Assembly (NCBI GenBank): GCA_965215605.1
Contig: OZ244070.1
Span: forward strand, 2,816,001-2,880,000
Source of the DNA: an uncultured Candidatus Binatia bacterium
Lineage (GTDB): Bacteria; Desulfobacterota; Binatia; UBA9968; JAJDTQ01
Direction: 5' to 3'
Length of the DNA: 64,000 nucleotides
The notes below the pieces were generated by a model. The model searched no databases and had not been told where the DNA came from. It saw only the letters and a list, made by a program, of their open reading frames with translations. This document shows positions 58,457 to 64,000 of the stretch, piece by piece (within the stretch, counting starts at the first letter, position 1; every line of letters starts with the position of its first letter). The translations under genes were made by a program, and so were the position numbers.

Positions 58457-58903
58457 ATGAAGACCTACACCCTGCATTCGGAGCTGTGGCTTCCCCGACC
58501 GGTTGCCGAGGTGTTCCCGTTCTTTGCCGACGCGGCCAACCTGCAACGGATCACGCCGCCCTGGCTCCGGTTCGAGGTTAAGACGCCGGCTCCGTTGGAA
58601 ATGAGGGTGGGGGCCTTGATCGATTACCGTCTCCGCGTGCGCGGCTTCCCCATCCGGTGGCGTTCGGAGATCACCTGCTGGGATCCGCCGCGGCGGTTCG
58701 TGGACGAGCAGCGGCGCGGACCCTACCGGCTCTGGGTCCACGAGCACACGTTCACGGAGCTGGACGGCGGCACCCGGGTGGAGGATACGGTGGACTATGC
58801 GGTCCATTTCGGCGGCCTTGTCCAGAGGTTCCTGGTGGGGCCGGACCTCCGAAGGATCTTCGAGTACCGGAAGAGGAAGCTGCAGGAGTTGATGGAGCGC
58901 TAG
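58457..58903 (+). CDS. SRPBCC family protein
   Basis: VFPFF.DA.NL..ITPP, FVDEQ.RGPY..W.HEH.F, IFEYR. Confidence 0.88.
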   Translation: MKTYTLHSELWLPRPVAEVFPFFADAANLQRITPPWLRFEVKTPAPLEMRVGALIDYRLRVRGFPIRWRSEITCWDPPRRFVDEQRRGPYRLWVHEHTFTELDGGTRVEDTVDYAVHFGGLVQRFLVGPDLRRIFEYRKRKLQELMER

Positions 58904-58921
58904 TGTCCGTGGAGTCCGGGC

Positions 58922-59854
58922 TCACGGATCCGAGCCCGGCCGGCGCAGGAAGCTCTGGCGCAGCACGTACGCGGCCCCGTGTTCTGTGGCGTGGCGGCGT
59001 ATCAGGTCTACGGGCGCGGACAGTGGAACCCGTCCCAGGCGATAGTCGTCCACCAGCGCAGCGAGCTGTTTCCGCCCTTCGGGGTCGAGCCGCGCGGAGA
59101 GGAAGCCCGCCAGGTGCTGCAGCGCGTTGGTGTTGGTCTTCCTCGTCGCCGGCTGTTTCAGGGCTTCCATGAACATGCTGCCGTATCGAGCCGTCACCGC
59201 TTCCAGGGAGCCGCCGCCGGCTTCGGCCAGCAGGCGGCCGAGGAGCCGCAGACGGCGCTCGCTGTGGGCCAGAAGGGTCAGCTTGTGGGATGCATGGAAG
59301 TCCGTGAGTCCCGCCAGCGACGGCCCCGAGCCGGCGCACTCACGCCATTCGCGGTACCCGTGGACGCGCTCGATGAAGTTCTCGCACAGCGCCTCATCGT
59401 CCAGGCGGTCTTCCGCTTCCACCGGCAGCAGCGGCAGGGCGCCGGCCAGCGCCCGGGCGAACAGGCCGGCGCCCGCGGGGCTCGCCGTCCCGGCTTCCGA
59501 ACGGACCGGGACGCGGTCCGGCCCGCAACTCGGCGAGCCCGTCTTCAGGACGAACCCGCAGACCTCGAGCCGCTCGATCTCGGCCGCCCGTTCTCGCCCG
59601 TAGCGCCGCATGATCCCGGTCCAGTCCCGGCCGGAACGCTTTCCGACCATGCGGGGCGCACGGGGGTCTCCGACCAGGTCCACGGGTTCCCGCGGCACGC
59701 CCATTCCCACCTCCATCTCCGGGCAGACGGCAACGATCTCGAAGGAGCGGTACAACGTATCGGTGACGGTCGGGTGGCGCTTGTGGCCGCCGTCGTGACG
59801 GACGGGGTGGCCCAGCAGGCAACTGCTGACGCCGATGCGGGGCTTGATCGACAT
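58922..59854 (-). CDS. DUF523+DUF1722 (YbgA-like / thiouracil desulfurase family) protein
   Basis: GVSSCLLG..VRHDGGH, VCPE...GMGVPRE, SPSCG, FH..HK..LLAH, NALQHLAGF. Confidence 0.9.
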   Translation of the reverse strand: MSIKPRIGVSSCLLGHPVRHDGGHKRHPTVTDTLYRSFEIVAVCPEMEVGMGVPREPVDLVGDPRAPRMVGKRSGRDWTGIMRRYGRERAAEIERLEVCGFVLKTGSPSCGPDRVPVRSEAGTASPAGAGLFARALAGALPLLPVEAEDRLDDEALCENFIERVHGYREWRECAGSGPSLAGLTDFHASHKLTLLAHSERRLRLLGRLLAEAGGGSLEAVTARYGSMFMEALKQPATRKTNTNALQHLAGFLSARLDPEGRKQLAALVDDYRLGRVPLSAPVDLIRRHATEHGAAYVLRQSFLRRPGSDP

Positions 59855-59981
59855 GGTGAACAGGGAAGAGGCCGGACGGGAGGAGTGGCCGTCGTTTTTC
59901 CTTGGCCGGACACGCTTCCGGGATGGATTATAGCGCAGTGTCCCCTGTAAACTAGTGTGGGACCGGAATCGGAAAGCGAAG

Positions 59982-61517
59982 ATGTCCAGAATCACCCGAG
60001 GATACCTCCAGCGACAGCCCTCCGCCGCCGTCATCGGCAGCGGCTTCGGCGGGTTGGCCGCGGCCATCCGCCTCCAGGCCGCGGGTTTCCGCACGGTGGT
60101 CTTCGAGAAGCGGGACCTGCCGGGAGGCAGGGCTTATGTCTACCGCCAGGACGGCTTCACCTTCGACGCCGGCCCCACCGTCATCACGGCGCCGGAGTGC
60201 CTGGAGGAACTGTTCGCGCTGGCCGGCCGGAACATGCGCGAGCATGTCACGCTGGTGCCGGTGCGTCCGTTCTACCGCCTTTTCTGGGACGACGGCACGC
60301 GGTTCGACTACGGCAACGACGACGAGCAGACGTTCGCGCAGATCCGCGCCCGGTCGCCCGGCGACGTGCAGGGCTACCGTGACTTCCTGCGCTACTGCGA
60401 AGCGGTGTTCCGGGAAGGCTACGAGAAGCTCGGACACGTGCCGTTTCCGAACCTCTGGAGCATGGTCCGGGTGGCGCCGCAACTGGCGGCGCTGGCTTCC
60501 TACCGGTCGGTCTACGGCACCGTGTCCCGGTACATCCGGGACCCCCGGCTCCGTCAGGCCCTGAGCTTTCATTCGCTGCTGGTGGGCGGCAACCCCCTGA
60601 CGGCCTCTTCCATCTACACGTTGATCCACTACCTGGAGCGAAAGTGGGGCGTATGGTTCCCCATGGGCGGCACCGGCGCCCTGGTGCGCAGCTTGGTGCG
60701 GCTGTTCGAGGGCCTGGGCGGCGAGTTGAGGTTGGAGTCGGAGGTGGCGTCCATTCCAACGGACCGGGGCGGGGTCCGCGGCGTCGCGGTGCGGGACGCC
60801 GAGCCCGAGGCCTTCGACGTGGTGGTCAGCAACGCCGACGTCGTGCACACGTATGGCCGGCTGCTGGGGCACCACCGGGCGGGAGCGCGCGCCGCGCGCC
60901 GGCTCAGGCGCATGAAGCACGGCATGTCCCTGTTCCTGGTCTACTTCGGCACCCGCAGGCGCTACCCGGGCATCGAGCACCACAACATCCTGTTCGGGCC
61001 GCGCTACCGGGAACTGTTGGCGGACATCTTCGAGCGCGGGGTGCTGCCAGCGGACTTCTCGCTCTATCTGCACGCGCCGAGCTACACCGACCCGTCGCTT
61101 GCGCCGCCGGGCTGCCACGCCTACTACGTCCTCGCCCCGGTGCCCCACCTCGGCAAGGCGGACATCGACTGGGCGTCGGCGGCGCCGCGCTATGCCCGGC
61201 AACTGTTGTCCTGCCTGGAGGAACGGCTGATGCCCGGCCTCGCCGGCGACCTGGTGACGCAACGCATCTTCACCCCGCTGGATTTCAGCCAGGAACTGAA
61301 CGCCCATCTGGGCTCGGCCTTCTCCCTGGAGCCCCGGCTCACCCAGAGCGCCTGGTTCCGGGTGCACAACCGCGACCGGCGCATCCGGGGCCTGTACTTC
61401 GTGGGCGCCGGAACCCACCCCGGCGCCGGCGTGCCGGGCGTGATCAACTCCGCCAAGGCCACGGCCGGGATCATACTGGACGATTGGCGCGGCCGGCTGG
61501 ACGTACCGGCGCCATGA
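59982..61517 (+). CDS. crtI: Phytoene desaturase
   Basis: IGSGFGGLA, FDAGPTVIT, SFHSLLVGGNP, GSAFSLEP.LTQSAWFR.HNRD, GAGTHPGAGVPGV. Confidence 0.96.
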   Translation: MSRITRGYLQRQPSAAVIGSGFGGLAAAIRLQAAGFRTVVFEKRDLPGGRAYVYRQDGFTFDAGPTVITAPECLEELFALAGRNMREHVTLVPVRPFYRLFWDDGTRFDYGNDDEQTFAQIRARSPGDVQGYRDFLRYCEAVFREGYEKLGHVPFPNLWSMVRVAPQLAALASYRSVYGTVSRYIRDPRLRQALSFHSLLVGGNPLTASSIYTLIHYLERKWGVWFPMGGTGALVRSLVRLFEGLGGELRLESEVASIPTDRGGVRGVAVRDAEPEAFDVVVSNADVVHTYGRLLGHHRAGARAARRLRRMKHGMSLFLVYFGTRRRYPGIEHHNILFGPRYRELLADIFERGVLPADFSLYLHAPSYTDPSLAPPGCHAYYVLAPVPHLGKADIDWASAAPRYARQLLSCLEERLMPGLAGDLVTQRIFTPLDFSQELNAHLGSAFSLEPRLTQSAWFRVHNRDRRIRGLYFVGAGTHPGAGVPGVINSAKATAGIILDDWRGRLDVPAP

Positions 61518-62452
61518 GGTCCGCCATGCCGGACGACGTGGCCGGCGCCATCGAGCATTGCGCGGCCGTGATCCGGGACGGCTCCAAGAGCTTCGCCCTG
61601 GCCGCGCGGCTCTTCGACCGTGCCACCCTGAACGCCGCCGTCTCGCTCTACGGCTGGTGCCGGCACTGCGACGACCGGATCGACTCGGCCGGGAGCGAAC
61701 CGGCCGCCGCCCAACGCCTGGAGGAGCTTCGCCGCCGGACCGTGGATACCCTCGCCGGCCGGCCGCAAGGCGCTCCCGTCTTCATCGCGTTCCAGCATGT
61801 CGCGGCCGCGTACGGCGTGCCGCATCACTACCCGCTGGAGCTTATCGAAGGCATGGCCATGGACGCCCGCGGGCAGCGCTACGAGACCCTGGACGACCTG
61901 TTGCTCTACTGCTATCGCGTGGCCGGCACCGTGGGGCTGATGATGACCCACGTCATGGGGGTCAGCGACGAAAAGGCGCTGAGCCACGCCGCGGCCATGG
62001 GAACGGCCATGCAACTCACCAACATCGCCCGGGACGTCATCGAGGACCACGAGCGGGGACGCATCTACCTGCCGCTTTCCTGGCTGGCCGAGGCCGACCT
62101 TCCGCCCGAGGAGCTGGCCCTGGCCGCGCGGCGCCGCGAGCTCGCGGGCCTGGCCCGGCGGCTGCTGTCCGTGGCTGACGACTACTACCGTACGGGCGAC
62201 GCCGGCCTCCGCTACCTGCCCCTGCGCTCGGCGTGCGCGGTGGCCGCGGCGCGGCGGATCTACGCGGGCATCGGCGGCCGGGTGCTGCGGCGGAAGGAAC
62301 GGGCCTGGGACGGCCGGACCTACACCACCGGCCCGCGCAAGCTGGCGCTGGCCGCCCGGGGGTTGGGCCAGGTGGCCGCCACGCTGCCCCGAAGGGTCGC
62401 GCATCCGTGGTCCGCGGCGCCCATCCGCGCGGTGTGGCGCTTCTCGCCATGA
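61514..62452 (+). CDS. crtB: Phytoene synthase
   Basis: GSKSF, LYGWCRHCDDRID, YCYRVAGTVG, QLTNIARDV.ED, GRIYLP. Confidence 0.95.
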   Translation: MRSAMPDDVAGAIEHCAAVIRDGSKSFALAARLFDRATLNAAVSLYGWCRHCDDRIDSAGSEPAAAQRLEELRRRTVDTLAGRPQGAPVFIAFQHVAAAYGVPHHYPLELIEGMAMDARGQRYETLDDLLLYCYRVAGTVGLMMTHVMGVSDEKALSHAAAMGTAMQLTNIARDVIEDHERGRIYLPLSWLAEADLPPEELALAARRRELAGLARRLLSVADDYYRTGDAGLRYLPLRSACAVAAARRIYAGIGGRVLRRKERAWDGRTYTTGPRKLALAARGLGQVAATLPRRVAHPWSAAPIRAVWRFSP

Positions 62453-63960
62453 AGTCTTTGCTGAGGACATGGATCCGCGGGCGGCTGCACGGTTATCGGG
62501 AGCTGGTCAATCAGGTGGACCCTTCCAAACCGCTCCGGGGCGGGCCGGCTCGGACCGTGGCGGTGGTGGGAGGCGGCCTCGCCGGCATCGCGGCGGCTTC
62601 GGTGCTGGGAGAGCGTGGTTTTGGCGTCCGCCTGTTCGAACGCAATTCCTACCTCGGAGGCAAGGTGGGGAGTTGGACGGTGGAGTTCCCGGACGGCTTC
62701 CGCGCCCGGGTGGACCACGGCTTCCACGCCTTCTTCCGCCACTACTACAACCTGTCGCGGTTCCTGGAAAAGACCGGCGCCAGCCGTCATCTCGAGGCCA
62801 TCGAGGATTACCTGATCCTTGGCCGGGACGGGCGCCGGTACGGTTTCGCCGGGGTGGAGACGACCCCGGTCCTCAACATCCTTTCCCTGATGCGCCGTGG
62901 ATTCTTTGGTCTGAGGGACGTGGCCTTCAACCCGCGGCTGGCGGGGTTGCGCGCGTTGCTGCGGTTCGACCTGCGCCGCACGTTCGAGGAATGGGACGGC
63001 GTCAGCTACGATGAATTCGCCGCCCGGGTCCGGCTTCCCGAGGGATTGAAGCTGGTGTTCGGCGCCTTCGCCAGGGCTTTCTTCACTCCGGGAGACCGCA
63101 TCAGCGCCGCGGAGCTCATCAAGAGCTTCCACTTCTTCTATCTCGCCCATGACCGCGGCCTGTTGTACGACTACTTCGACCGCGACTACCAGGAGGCGTT
63201 GATCGAGCCGGTGACGGCGCGGCTCTCGGCCGCGGGGGTCCGGGTGGAGACGGGCACGCCGGTGGAGAGTCTGGGGCGCGGGGACGGGCGATTCATGGTC
63301 AACGGGCAGCCGTTCGATTACGTGGTGCTGGCCGCGGACACGGCGGGGACGCGGCGGTTGGCCGAGCGGTCGGCTTGGTTGCGCAAGAACGCGCCGGAGT
63401 TGCACCGGCGGCTGACCGGGCTGCGATCGTCGTCCGGGTACGCGATTCTGCGCGTCTGGCTCGACCGGCGCGCCGGCGAGGACTGGCCCGTGTTCGTGGT
63501 CACCGAGAAACGGCAGGTGCTGGACTCGGTGACCCTCTACCACCGGTTCGACGCCGGCGCCCGTGAGTGGGCCGGGAAGACCGGAGGAGGGGTCTACGAG
63601 CTCCATTGCTACGCGGTGCCGCCCGAGCTGCCCGCCGAAGCCGAGGTCCGGGAGGCGTTTCTGCGGGAGCTGCATCACTACCTGCCGGCCCTGCGGGACG
63701 CCCGCGTGCTGTACGAGCACCTCCAGCTCCGCCGCGACTTCACCGCCTTCGACCGCAACCTCTACGACGAGCGGCCGTGGTACGATCCCGGCGTGCCCAA
63801 CCTCTATCTGGCCGGGGACTGGGTGAAGCTGCCGGTGCCGGCCATGCTGATGGAAGCGGCGTTCACCTCGGGCCTCATGAGCGCCAACGCGGTGCTGGCA
63901 GCCAACGGGTTGCGGGAAGAACCGGTGTGGTCCGTGCCGCGCAAGGGCATCCTGGCTTGA
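62449..63960 (+). CDS. crtU: CrtU-like carotenoid phi-ring (isorenieratene) synthase
   Basis: VGGGLAG, HGFHAFFRHYYNL, YELHCYA, LAGDWV, LMEAA..SG..AN, W.VP..G. Confidence 0.78.
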   Translation: MKSLLRTWIRGRLHGYRELVNQVDPSKPLRGGPARTVAVVGGGLAGIAAASVLGERGFGVRLFERNSYLGGKVGSWTVEFPDGFRARVDHGFHAFFRHYYNLSRFLEKTGASRHLEAIEDYLILGRDGRRYGFAGVETTPVLNILSLMRRGFFGLRDVAFNPRLAGLRALLRFDLRRTFEEWDGVSYDEFAARVRLPEGLKLVFGAFARAFFTPGDRISAAELIKSFHFFYLAHDRGLLYDYFDRDYQEALIEPVTARLSAAGVRVETGTPVESLGRGDGRFMVNGQPFDYVVLAADTAGTRRLAERSAWLRKNAPELHRRLTGLRSSSGYAILRVWLDRRAGEDWPVFVVTEKRQVLDSVTLYHRFDAGAREWAGKTGGGVYELHCYAVPPELPAEAEVREAFLRELHHYLPALRDARVLYEHLQLRRDFTAFDRNLYDERPWYDPGVPNLYLAGDWVKLPVPAMLMEAAFTSGLMSANAVLAANGLREEPVWSVPRKGILA

Positions 63961-63963
63961 GAC

Positions 63964-64000
63964 ATGCGCTACACCTACCTCGCCATCGATCTTCTCATCC
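63964..64000 (+). CDS. Probable lycopene-cyclase-domain membrane protein, cut by window edge
   Basis: MRYTYLAIDLLI starts 3 nt after crtU; only 12 codons visible. Confidence 0.45.
   Translation, partial: MRYTYLAIDLLI

Noticed and set aside
1-64000. CRISPR array or cas genes
   Set aside because: No regularly spaced repeat-spacer series and no Cas motifs seen

Overview
High-GC bacterial chromosome segment. The ispE-spoVG-tRNA-Gln-prs-rplY-pth and rpsF-rpsR-DUF2232-rplI gene order suggests a deltaproteobacteria-like organism; this is inference only. From left to right it holds tandem Zn-alcohol-dehydrogenase paralogs separated by a long inverted repeat, a translation/housekeeping block with a membrane pyrophosphatase, a split transketolase, two different succinate dehydrogenase/fumarate reductase modules in one run, and a flavoenzyme cluster. 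An ~11 kb defence island follows (26.6-37.9 kb). Its type I R-M operon has hsdS disrupted by a complete IS3-family element and a fic gene flanked by a duplicated hsdM 3' end. Divergent from it is a three-gene operon (RHH/SeqA-N-like protein, DUF3800 protein, BECR-like putative RNase) facing a predicted ~70-nt structured RNA with a candidate promoter. That operon plus RNA is the best candidate for an undescribed system. The right half has argS, surE, two IMPase-family genes, cyclophilin, trpBA, an ABC/AttH operon broken by a 19-bp duplication, a relic of a second R-M locus, and the start of a crtI-crtB-crtU-cyclase carotenoid operon. All calls come from motif reading; no database searches were run.
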